Below the pieces are notes generated by a model that saw nothing but the letters and a program-made list of their open reading frames with translations, had not been told where the DNA came from and made no database searches. Shown here piece by piece: positions 1-8,589 of a stretch of 64,000 bases of DNA; position 1 is the stretch's first letter, and the number at the start of each line of letters is the position of its first letter. Both the position numbers and the translations under genes were made by a program. This stretch comes from an uncultured Methanosarcinales archaeon (GTDB lineage Archaea; Nanobdellota; Nanobdellia; Woesearchaeales; DSVV01). The stretch is from assembly GCA_964390375.1 (NCBI GenBank), contig CAYMIF010000002.1:4191-68190 (forward strand), written 5' to 3'.

Positions 1-990
1 GAGATTAAGGAAGGCGGAGGAACATACATGTCCGGAGGATATGAAAAAGCCACAGGACTGTATGAGGAGTACAAGGACATTGATTCAGATGTCTATGAGA
101 ACAGGATAATATTCCTCACTGACGCGATGCCCAACATCGGCGAGACCTCAGAAGGTGGCCTGCTTGACATGACCAAGGACAATGCTGATGACGGCATCCA
201 CACGACATTCATAGGGATAGGTGTTGACTTCAATACTGAGCTGATCGAGTCGATCACGAAGATCCGCGGTGCGAACTACTACTCAGTCCACTCAGCCCCT
301 CAATTCAGGAAAAGGATGGATGATGAGTTCGAATACATGGTCACTCCCTTGGTATTCGACCTCAGGCTAAAGCTCGACGCTGACGGATTTGAGATCGAGA
401 AGGTATACGGCAGCCCAGAAGCAGATGAGGCCACAGGCGAGATCATGAAGGTCAACACCTTATTCCCTTCTTCCACAGAGGGTGGCCAGACAAAAGGAGG
501 CATTGTGCTTCTGAAACTAAGTAAGCTTGAGGAAGACGCAAGCCTTGTTCTGAAGACCACTTTTGAGGACAGGAACGGAAAAGAGGACTCAGATCAAAAA
601 GAGATTGTCTTTGACGATGTCAGCTCAGGCTACTACCAGAATACCGGAATCAGGAAAGGCATCCTCCTCTCGCGATATGCCAACCTCATGAAGAACTGGA
701 TAATAGATGAGCGCAGGAGCATAATCGACGAAGTCCCGATCGAGCCGGTCATCTACAGGTGCCCACCAGATGGCCGGGAAGATATTCCTCCAAGATGCGG
801 AATAATCGAGCCGCCGATGCCTGTCCTGAACAGGTGGGAGAGAAAGTCAGTCGACCTTGAGGTCTCTGGGCATTACAAGGATCTGTTCGACGAGTTCGCT
901 GATTATTTCGAGGAAGAGACAAAAGCCATCGGCGACGACACTCTTGATCAGGAGCTGGACATACTCAGGGATTTGGCAGGCTTCGACTGA
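1..990 (+). CDS. von Willebrand factor A (VWA) domain protein, 5'-partial (reading frame is open back to the window edge)
   Basis: The 28..990 ORF is in the same frame as an open frame from nt 1. VWA/MIDAS-like segments (IIFLTDAMPNIGETSEGG...TFIGIGVDFNTELIESIT) are followed by a long acidic C-terminal region. Confidence 0.5.
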   Translation, partial: EIKEGGGTYMSGGYEKATGLYEEYKDIDSDVYENRIIFLTDAMPNIGETSEGGLLDMTKDNADDGIHTTFIGIGVDFNTELIESITKIRGANYYSVHSAPQFRKRMDDEFEYMVTPLVFDLRLKLDADGFEIEKVYGSPEADEATGEIMKVNTLFPSSTEGGQTKGGIVLLKLSKLEEDASLVLKTTFEDRNGKEDSDQKEIVFDDVSSGYYQNTGIRKGILLSRYANLMKNWIIDERRSIIDEVPIEPVIYRCPPDGREDIPPRCGIIEPPMPVLNRWERKSVDLEVSGHYKDLFDEFADYFEEETKAIGDDTLDQELDILRDLAGFD

Positions 991-1040
991 TGTCTGCTTT
1001 TTTTGTTATTTTTTTTTTTATAAACAATTATATTTTTAAA
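991..1040 (+). terminator. oligo-T run (tttttttgttattttttttttt) immediately after the VWA gene stop; archaeal-type intrinsic terminator candidate
   Basis: A T-rich tract lies directly 3' of the stop codon at 990. Confidence 0.4.
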
Positions 1041-1062
1041 TCAACTCTGTTTTTGTCGGCAC

Positions 1063-2238
1063 ATGGACTTCAGGAAGCGAATCAGGGATAATCCTTCATT
1101 CCTGGCAACAAGCGAATATTTCGATTATGTATTGGATAATCAGAAGATTGATCGTCTGAATCTTCAGACCGGTCCGAACTGCAACCGAACCTGTAAGCAT
1201 TGTTATGGTGGGTTCGGAGAGCATAGAGAAGGTCTTCCGGATGCAGGAAGGCATGGTTCAGCTATTGAGCAGGCAGTTGACCTGGGATTCAGGTATTGTA
1301 TACTGACTGACGGGGAACCCATTCGTGAAGAGAACAGGGCACTTTTAAAAAAAGCATCAGAGTATTCTGACAGGCTTCCGGTAAGTATCCACACAAACGG
1401 ATTCTTTGCATCTTCTGAAGCTGAAGCGGTTTCCTGGATAGGTTTTCTCAAGGATTCAGGATATGATCTCAGGAGACCAGGAAACTGTATTCATATCAGT
1501 TACGGTACGACATATCAAGTTCCGATAGAATTCAGCGCAAATATGATCTCTGCATTAAGGCAGGTCTACGGTCATTTCAATATAGGCATGCATCTGGTCT
1601 TAAGAGGAATAACTGTAGGTGACCGAAAGGAACAGAAAATGACAGATTTTCTTGCAAGTTCGCTTGAGCAGGCTTTCGGCAAATGCTCTGAATCTATAAG
1701 AAAAGAGCACAAAACCGAATTGAGCTATACAGATGCGATTGTTTTTCCGCAAGGGTCATTCCCTGTTTATGTAAGATGGATACCTCCAAAACCCTGGGGT
1801 TCAGCTCTTTCTATGCCTCTTGTTCAGGATATGTATCCAAAAAAGGAGATCAGGCAGGAAGAAATTCCATTCCTCCCGAATGTCAAAGGAAAACCGATGT
1901 TTGTTGATCATAAGGAAAATGTATATTGGGGATCAACAAAAGAGCTTGTGAGAAAGGGAAGACTCGCAGGCAATCTGAGGTTAGAATCACTGGGACGCAT
2001 CAGGGACAGGGTACTTTCAGATCCGCTATATCTTGCATATCAGCTAGGTGGAAACAAGTTCATGCATTTTCTTGCGGAAGGTTTGAGGCCTGGCTACACG
2101 GTGGTCGGAAGGACACCTGGCCATGCCTCTACTCAATTCTTTGAGGACACTTGTCTGGTATCAGATTCAAGAGTGAAATTGGATAGAGATGGTCTCAAAA
2201 AGACTTATTTTGAATTCGCAGAAAAAGTTCTGATATAA
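1063..2238 (+). CDS. radical SAM domain protein, function unknown
   Basis: CxxxCxxC motif near the N-terminus (GPNCNRTCKHCYGG) and a 391 aa ORF with no competing frame. Confidence 0.55.
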   Translation: MDFRKRIRDNPSFLATSEYFDYVLDNQKIDRLNLQTGPNCNRTCKHCYGGFGEHREGLPDAGRHGSAIEQAVDLGFRYCILTDGEPIREENRALLKKASEYSDRLPVSIHTNGFFASSEAEAVSWIGFLKDSGYDLRRPGNCIHISYGTTYQVPIEFSANMISALRQVYGHFNIGMHLVLRGITVGDRKEQKMTDFLASSLEQAFGKCSESIRKEHKTELSYTDAIVFPQGSFPVYVRWIPPKPWGSALSMPLVQDMYPKKEIRQEEIPFLPNVKGKPMFVDHKENVYWGSTKELVRKGRLAGNLRLESLGRIRDRVLSDPLYLAYQLGGNKFMHFLAEGLRPGYTVVGRTPGHASTQFFEDTCLVSDSRVKLDRDGLKKTYFEFAEKVLI

Positions 2239-2257
2239 GAAATAGCAGGGAACTAGG

Positions 2258-4039
2258 TCATATCCCCCAGAGGCTGTTCTCCTTTCTCATGATTTCAGCG
2301 ATCTCCTTGAGTATCTCGATCTCTTCGTTTGTCAGGAACTTCTTAAGTTCCCGAAGCTTGCGGAATTCGCTCTCGATGGTCCAGTTATAGAGAACGTCTC
2401 CTTCATGGATCTGTCTTCCGATTGTCGGCCCTTCGATCGACATCGCGACCTGCGCGCCGGCCTCTGCCGTACCGATCTCTTCCTTGTCCTTTTGTATAGA
2501 CTTCACCCTTCCGACATTCACACCTCCTCGCATGACCTCTGTTCCTGTAGAGATCTTGCCAGCGATTATCTCAACACCACATATTGCAGGATTGCTCTGT
2601 CGAAACACATAGTTCGGCATGATCTGAAACTTGCACGGCCTCCTCAGCGTCTCAAGTTCCTTTGCCTCAAGCTCCTTGCTCTTATCTTCTTTCCACTTCT
2701 CAAAATCCTCTAAAAGCTTGTAGATCACATCATTATGGATTGCCTTTGCCTCAGACTTCTCAAGAGCTTCTGCTGCATCAGATGAAGGCTTGACATTGAA
2801 TCCGAGTATGACTGCCATGAGGGGGTCTGTCTCCAGATTTGACTCGCAGTCTATGACATCCTTCTTCATGATATTTCCGATGCTCGCTTTCCTGATTGGG
2901 ATTTCCTTCTCAGACAGGAGTGTGATAAGCGCCTCAAGCGACCCCAGGCTGTCAGCTTTGATTATTATCCCTTCTTTCTCAGTCTCGATAAGCACCTCTT
3001 CGATCTCCTGTTTTATTTCCTCTTTCACATGCTCCTGGTTAGTTGGGTCTACCACGCTCAGCGGCATTCCTGCGACAACATCCTCCATTCCCGGAGCAGA
3101 GATCTTAACGCCTGTGGCGGCAGTTGCTTGTTTGATGCTGCAGAATTTCGACTTCTTGTCTCTCATCTCAGCCATCTCCTGCGGCTCGAACATCGCCTTG
3201 ACTTTTGTCACCACAGGCTCACCCAATGTTCCGATGACAATCGTGTCTCCTGTCCTCACCTTTCCATTGTATATTATGACATCTATTGTCTTTCCAAGTC
3301 CCTTCTCCTCCTTGACTTCCAGGATAGTTCCTTTCCCCTTCCCTTCTGTGTCGCATTCAAGGCATTTGTTCAGAAATCTTTGCGCAAGCCCTGTGATTGT
3401 CATGAGCACCTCAGGGATTCCTTCAGAGGTCTTTGCTGAAATAGGGATTATGCTGATCTGTTTGGTAAAATCGCTTACCCTGTCGAATCGTTCTGATCCG
3501 AATCCCATATCATGCAGCTTTCCGACAAGTTCATATATTTTTGTGTCAACAAGTTGCTTTACGTCATCGCTTTGTGAGTTTATGTTCTGGACAAGTCCCA
3601 GCTCTTTTCTTGAATTCCATCCAGGAAGAAGGTCTATTTTGTTTGCGCATAAGATGAAAGGGGTCTTGTATTTCTTGAGTATCTCTATTGCCTCTGCTGT
3701 CTGCGGCTTTATTCCTTCATTGACATCCACGACCACGATTGCGATGTCAGCAAGGTTCCCTCCCCTTCGTCTGAGATTCGAAAAAGCAGCGTGTCCTGGC
3801 GTGTCGATGAACAGGAGGCCAGGAAATGTGATCTCGAGCCTCAGTTTTGCCAAAAGCTCCCCGCATATCCTGTTTATGGTCTTGATGGGAACGATCGAGG
3901 CTCCGATTGCCTGAGTGATAGCTCCAGCTTCGCGTTCCAGGACAGAGCTATGCCTGATTGTATCCAGAAGCTGTGTCTTTCCATGATCAACATGACCCAT
4001 TATCGTGACGATAGGCTTTCGAAGCACCATTTGCATCAA
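2258..4039 (-). CDS. infB: translation initiation factor aIF5B (IF2-type GTPase)
   Basis: G1 motif VTIMGHVDHGKTQLLD, a DTPGH G3 motif, NKIDL G4, and a ~590 aa length typical of archaeal aIF5B; no intein. Confidence 0.9.
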   Translation of the reverse strand: MMQMVLRKPIVTIMGHVDHGKTQLLDTIRHSSVLEREAGAITQAIGASIVPIKTINRICGELLAKLRLEITFPGLLFIDTPGHAAFSNLRRRGGNLADIAIVVVDVNEGIKPQTAEAIEILKKYKTPFILCANKIDLLPGWNSRKELGLVQNINSQSDDVKQLVDTKIYELVGKLHDMGFGSERFDRVSDFTKQISIIPISAKTSEGIPEVLMTITGLAQRFLNKCLECDTEGKGKGTILEVKEEKGLGKTIDVIIYNGKVRTGDTIVIGTLGEPVVTKVKAMFEPQEMAEMRDKKSKFCSIKQATAATGVKISAPGMEDVVAGMPLSVVDPTNQEHVKEEIKQEIEEVLIETEKEGIIIKADSLGSLEALITLLSEKEIPIRKASIGNIMKKDVIDCESNLETDPLMAVILGFNVKPSSDAAEALEKSEAKAIHNDVIYKLLEDFEKWKEDKSKELEAKELETLRRPCKFQIMPNYVFRQSNPAICGVEIIAGKISTGTEVMRGGVNVGRVKSIQKDKEEIGTAEAGAQVAMSIEGPTIGRQIHEGDVLYNWTIESEFRKLRELKKFLTNEEIEILKEIAEIMRKENSLWGI

Positions 4040-4112
4040 AAACTAAGCCTTTCTTTAAAAAGCTTTTCCTGTGGCGCAATAATCCCTTTTTGATTTTGAA
4101 TTAAGAAACGAA

Positions 4113-4751
4113 ATGATTATTAATTATCATTCTATTCTTCAGAATATGATAAAAGCAGTGATTTTCGATTTCGGCGGAGTAGTGATAAGAGACACGCATC
4201 AGGAAGTCAAGGACTATATTGCAGATAATCTAGGACTAAAAAGATCAGTTGTCGAAGAGATAATAGAAATGACACTTCCATTATATCGCACAGGAAGGTT
4301 AAGCACTGAACAATACTGGAAAATATTCTCACAGCTTGCAGGAATATCTTTTCCCAGAGACTACAAACACCTATGGAGAGGCGGATATGAATCAGAAGAC
4401 AAACAGAATCTTCCGCTACTGGATCTGGTCCAAAGACTGAGAAACAATGGCTATATCACGCCTGTTCTTTCAAACACAATCCTTCCCCATGCAGACTTCA
4501 ATCGGTCTTCACATAATTATGATCTCTTCGAACCAGTTATCCTCTCATTCGAGGTCGGGATGGCAAAGCCCGACAAGAGAATATATGAGTTAATGTTAGA
4601 CAGGATTAATATGAGTGCAGATGAATGTGTCTTCATAGACAACACAAAGGAGAATGTTGATGCAGCGATAGATTCTGGATATCATGGGATAATATACAGA
4701 GGAATTGACCTTTTGCTCCAGAAATTGCAACGGCTTGGTGTTAAATTATAA
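4113..4751 (+). CDS. HAD-superfamily hydrolase (subfamily IA-like phosphatase)
   Basis: Motif I at AVIFDFGGVV (DxG), which may be the true start at 4146, and a C-terminal FIDN/D motif-IV-like region. Confidence 0.7.
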   Translation: MIINYHSILQNMIKAVIFDFGGVVIRDTHQEVKDYIADNLGLKRSVVEEIIEMTLPLYRTGRLSTEQYWKIFSQLAGISFPRDYKHLWRGGYESEDKQNLPLLDLVQRLRNNGYITPVLSNTILPHADFNRSSHNYDLFEPVILSFEVGMAKPDKRIYELMLDRINMSADECVFIDNTKENVDAAIDSGYHGIIYRGIDLLLQKLQRLGVKL

Positions 4752-4807
4752 AAGAAAAGTCAAAAAAGATCTCCCTTCAGCCTGATAAATAATTACTGGA
4801 AAAAAAA

Positions 4808-5302
4808 TCAGTTCACGCAGGATCTAAGTCCACTCATCTCGATTGCTTTATCCTTGCATTCCTTCTCTTCTTCTCCGACCATGATTATCGGGGTGAATTT
4901 CATCTTCTGAGGCTCGCCGTATTCTTCTACATCATAATCTATAGAAACAAGTTCTTCAGATTCCGGATCAATTGTGTCGTCCAGCTCCAAGTTCTTGAGG
5001 TTTGCCGAACCAGTGATCTCTGCTCGAAGGCCTAAAATCTCTGCCTTGCCTGAATTATTGAAATTCAGGAATATCTTGTCTTGGTTGTAGCATGTCGGCA
5101 TCTCATCGATTATTCTCAGGCTCACTGCCTCGCATTCCTCTGGTTGTCCGAAGAAACCGATCTCGAAGATATACATAAACAGCAGCAGTCCGACAATTAG
5201 TGTGATCAGAAGCTTAGCAAGCTTCAGCCCGAATTTCGCGAGCTTAAAGAACACTGCCAGCCCGATTATAACGATAGCCGCGATGATTATCTTGTCCATC
5301 AT
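4808..5302 (-). CDS. small membrane protein, hypothetical (two predicted N-terminal TM helices, extracytoplasmic C-terminal domain)
   Basis: Hydrophobic N-terminus (IIIAAIVIIGLAVFFKLAKFGL...LLITLIVGLLLFMYIF) and no recognisable family. Confidence 0.4.
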   Translation of the reverse strand: MMDKIIIAAIVIIGLAVFFKLAKFGLKLAKLLITLIVGLLLFMYIFEIGFFGQPEECEAVSLRIIDEMPTCYNQDKIFLNFNNSGKAEILGLRAEITGSANLKNLELDDTIDPESEELVSIDYDVEEYGEPQKMKFTPIIMVGEEEKECKDKAIEMSGLRSCVN

Positions 5303-5339
5303 TCTGGATAAGGGTTTGCACGGTTGGATATATAAAGTT

Positions 5340-5480
5340 TTGCATTGTTTTGGCTAATATGAAATCCTATGCGTCTGTGCCACGAGAGAGAATATTTATG
5401 AAATAAATATTCTCGGGGCCAGGCGAAGTTTTTACGCAGTAAAAACGTAGTAGTATAGGATTTCATATTAGCCCATTGTT
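5340..5480. repeat. structured palindromic intergenic element, copy A (long outer stem GGCTAATATGAAATCCTAT/ATAGGATTTCATATTAGCC enclosing two internal hairpins); possible small ncRNA or MITE-like repeat
   Basis: Nested inverted repeats are readable directly. A second copy with the same outer stem and first hairpin sits at 36413..36538. Confidence 0.55.
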
Positions 5481-5522
5481 TTTGGTTTTCCGAAAACCTT
5501 TTTTTAGAAAAAAGGAGCTTTC

Positions 5523-6887
5523 TTACTGTTCCCGCAGGTATCCCCAGGTATGCAGCTTGTCGCTGTCGCTGTACCATCTCTCTCCTATGTCATCGCGGTA
5601 GTACATGTGCGGTATGGATATCTGCCCTATCCTGTGGTATGCCTGCTTTCGGGCCTCCTGCATCGTGTGCCCGCATCCGCAGACGACCAAAACGACCCCG
5701 GATGAACCTGTAACCAGCCATTCGTTGTTGACCATCTTGACATCCTCAATATGCACGCCGTCTACAGGCTTTTTGAAGAATATTATAGAGTCCTTTGATT
5801 TAACATCAAAGGTCTCAGGATCATTGAAAGGGAACGGCGGGACCACGATTCTCACGCCTACCTGAAATCCAGACCTGGCCTTTAGGTTCGGCTTCTTGCC
5901 TTGCGCAAGCTCATACAAAAAATCGCCTATAGGCACAAGCATCCCCTCCTCCTGGATGAACAGGCAGGGATATCCGAACCTGCTGGTAAATTCCAGAGGG
6001 TATATCCCTTTATGGTTTACGATGCAGTTCAGGTCTATGTATCCGATATAGCCTTCCGAAGCAAGCTTCTGCTCCATCTTCTTGAGTGTCGCGTTGAATA
6101 TCCTGTTCGGCCCTGACCAAAACATCGATGTCCCCATCTCGCCGGTGGATGGTCCAAGGTTCCCGGGAAATAGTTTCTTGTGCTCGAAATTGACGTTTAT
6201 AGGATAAAGGAACTCATGGCCGTTGAAGAATGCTCCGACAGCGATCTCGACGCCAAATATCCTCTTCTGCAGCTGGAATGCAGGGATCTTCTTTGACCAG
6301 GCTTTTTTGTAATCTGCGAGCACCTGCATAACGTCCCGCCCGTCGTTCTCCTCGCCGATGAACAGCAGTCCTTTGAGGTTTGCTGCCTCGCCGCACGGTT
6401 TTAGCACGTACTTGCCAGGATTCTCCTTGACAAATGCGATAGCCTCGTCAAAATCATGGAATGTCCTGGAAGGAAGTATGTTGATTCCGGATTTTCGAAG
6501 CTCTTCCTGCCCAAAATCCCGATCATCCTCAAGGAGGTCTGTATATGGTGTCCCTCCGACGACTAGTTTACCTCTATTTCGAAGATCCTGCGCAAGCTTT
6601 CCTTGGCCGAGGACATCATCAAATACGATAACATCTGCCCATTCTTCCCATTTCTTCCACTCATCGACGATCTCAAAGAAACCTGAGCCAGTCTCTTTCA
6701 GTTTTTCATTTTTCACATAATACCTGACATCATGCCCTTCTTTTTTTATTCTCCATGCTATGTCTGCGATAAGGCTGTCGATAGTGATGAAAAGAAAGTT
6801 CTTCGGATTCTCAGTTTTCCGTGTCTTTTGGCTGTCACGGCCGTTGCTGCTTTTGGTTTCAGCACCGTTTCTGTTCGGATTTTCCAC
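5523..6887 (-). CDS. ATP-grasp protein, phosphoribosylamine-glycine ligase (PurD)-like; start codon uncertain (likely GTG at 6887, since the ATG-defined ORF to 7013 overlaps the upstream methyltransferase by ~110 nt)
   Basis: PurD-like motifs (GPSTGEMGTS, N-terminal Rossmann-like FLFITIDSLIADIAWRIKKEGHDV). The K-rich 5' extension has no internal ATG. Confidence 0.55.
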   Translation of the reverse strand: MENPNRNGAETKSSNGRDSQKTRKTENPKNFLFITIDSLIADIAWRIKKEGHDVRYYVKNEKLKETGSGFFEIVDEWKKWEEWADVIVFDDVLGQGKLAQDLRNRGKLVVGGTPYTDLLEDDRDFGQEELRKSGINILPSRTFHDFDEAIAFVKENPGKYVLKPCGEAANLKGLLFIGEENDGRDVMQVLADYKKAWSKKIPAFQLQKRIFGVEIAVGAFFNGHEFLYPINVNFEHKKLFPGNLGPSTGEMGTSMFWSGPNRIFNATLKKMEQKLASEGYIGYIDLNCIVNHKGIYPLEFTSRFGYPCLFIQEEGMLVPIGDFLYELAQGKKPNLKARSGFQVGVRIVVPPFPFNDPETFDVKSKDSIIFFKKPVDGVHIEDVKMVNNEWLVTGSSGVVLVVCGCGHTMQEARKQAYHRIGQISIPHMYYRDDIGERWYSDSDKLHTWGYLREQ

Positions 6888-6903
6888 AGCAGCAATTAAA
6901 GAT

Positions 6904-7710
6904 TCATCTTTTGTTTTTAATTCTTTTGTTTTTACGAGCTTCTTTGTCCTGTTTATTCTTTTTTGCCCGGATATACCAGTCCCACATCTCCGGATTGCCT
7001 TCAAAATCCTCAAAATCTCCGGTCTCCTCTCCCCAGGGATACCTGACCTTGTCTATTTTAATATCACAGAATCCTGCGCGCGAAAGCTCCTGGATGATTT
7101 CGAACCTGTAGAAGAATTTTTGCCTTTCTGAGCAGTCATCATAAACACCGGTCACATAATTGTATTTTCTCTCTTCCACCCTCCGCCTCATGTTCCTCAA
7201 TGCGGTTTTTTTCTTTTCTGACTGCTTCAGCTCCTGTTCCAGGACAAGCTTGTGGTTGTAGATAACAGATTCCATCGAGGGGAATATTCCGATGAGCTGC
7301 CCGCAGGGATTTATAGTCTTGTATATCTCACCAAGAGCTTTCCTCACGTCAGCTGTCTTAGAATGCAGGACTGAATTTATCGCAAAGACCATATCAAACC
7401 TCATCCCTGTGCTGCTCAGCGTTCTCATGTCAGCTCTCTTAAAGATTATATTCCCAGGATCAGCATTATTTTTCTTAGCCAGAGATATCATTTTGTCAGA
7501 GAAATCAAAAGCATGCACTTTTTTGAAATTTGATGACAGGACAGGCAATAGATCGCCCGGACCGCATCCGACATCAGCGCAGACCATTTTTTTCCTGCCT
7601 TTTATTTTTTTGATATCATCAAAAATTGGATTCTGCACATTCTTCTGCAGCGGGCTTATGATGTAACTGTGATAGTCATCAGAATACCAGTCCCATTCAG
7701 CCTTTTCCAT
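6904..7710 (-). CDS. class I SAM-dependent methyltransferase with lysine-rich C-terminal tail
   Basis: Motif I VCADVGCGPGDL, a post-I acidic residue (FDFSD) and a motif-II-like FDMVFAIN. Confidence 0.7.
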   Translation of the reverse strand: MEKAEWDWYSDDYHSYIISPLQKNVQNPIFDDIKKIKGRKKMVCADVGCGPGDLLPVLSSNFKKVHAFDFSDKMISLAKKNNADPGNIIFKRADMRTLSSTGMRFDMVFAINSVLHSKTADVRKALGEIYKTINPCGQLIGIFPSMESVIYNHKLVLEQELKQSEKKKTALRNMRRRVEERKYNYVTGVYDDCSERQKFFYRFEIIQELSRAGFCDIKIDKVRYPWGEETGDFEDFEGNPEMWDWYIRAKKNKQDKEARKNKRIKNKR

Positions 7711-7897
7711 GCTGTGTTCTTTTTTTTTGGACTATTTATATTTTTGGGACAGCGCCCGAAAATCACAAATTATAAAAACCCTGGCAGAATCTAAAAATCT
7801 ACTGGCTTTGGATTTTAGGTTTCTCAGAGTATAGACACAGGATCTAATTTGGATTCTGTGAAAAAGACACAAAAAACACAGATGAAGTGAAAAAAGG

Positions 7898-8587
7898 ATG
7901 GCAGAGACCATATACATAAAAAAGAAGGAGAAATACGAGATATACCAGACCGCAGCAGACATAATCGAAAAAGAGTTGGTTGACCTTGCAGTGGAAAAAG
8001 ATGATATTGTCCTTGCGCTTCCAGGCGGAAGGAGCATGCCTGGGATATACGAGGAGCTGATAAAACGGGACATCCCATGGGAAAAGGTCCACATCTTCAT
8101 GGTGGACGACCGGATGGTCCCGATAGACCACGAGCATTCTAATTTCAGGCTTGCAAACGAGTCTTTGATAAAGAAGATAGGGATTCCAAAAACAAATGTG
8201 CATCCATTTGTAGTAGGAGATGACGAAGAAGACTCTTTGGCATTATACGAAAAAGAGCTCAAGAGCCTTGGTGGAGCATTCGATCTGGTGGTGCTAAGCT
8301 CAGGTGAGGACGGCCATATAGCAGCGCTCTATCCGAACCATCATTCCATAAGCGACGAGGAAGGCCTCTTCATCGGCATGCATGATTCCCCGAAGATGCC
8401 GAAGGACAGGATGAGTTCATCAACATCTCTTCTGACTAAATCAGGCATATGTCTTCTTCTGTTTTCCGGACAACAAAAGAAGGAAGCATTCGAAAGGTTC
8501 ATGGATCCTGACATAGAGTTTTCAGACTGCCCAGCAAAACTGGCCAAGATAATAGAGAAGTCATACGTGCTGACTGATATAGAATAA
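7898..8587 (+). CDS. 6-phosphogluconolactonase / glucosamine-6-P deaminase family protein (Pgl-like)
   Basis: LALPGGRSM, FMVDDRMVP...HEHSNF and LSSGEDGHIAALYP match the Pgl/NagB fold signatures. Confidence 0.55.
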   Translation: MAETIYIKKKEKYEIYQTAADIIEKELVDLAVEKDDIVLALPGGRSMPGIYEELIKRDIPWEKVHIFMVDDRMVPIDHEHSNFRLANESLIKKIGIPKTNVHPFVVGDDEEDSLALYEKELKSLGGAFDLVVLSSGEDGHIAALYPNHHSISDEEGLFIGMHDSPKMPKDRMSSSTSLLTKSGICLLLFSGQQKKEAFERFMDPDIEFSDCPAKLAKIIEKSYVLTDIE

Positions 8588-8589
8588 TT

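Noticed and set aside
2790-3914. 374-aa plus-strand ORF (with 2405..2713 and 3029..3439) lying entirely antisense within infB/aIF5B
   Set aside because: It is a shadow ORF on the opposite strand of a strongly supported conserved gene. Its composition is low-complexity and Ser/Ile-rich with no motifs.
5299-5577. 92-aa minus-strand ORF spanning the palindromic repeat A
   Set aside because: It lies across an inverted-repeat element and the stop region of the neighbouring gene. It is more parsimoniously non-coding.
7732-8262. 176-aa and other minus-strand ORFs opposite the Pgl-like gene
   Set aside because: They are antisense to a gene with clear family motifs and have low-complexity composition.
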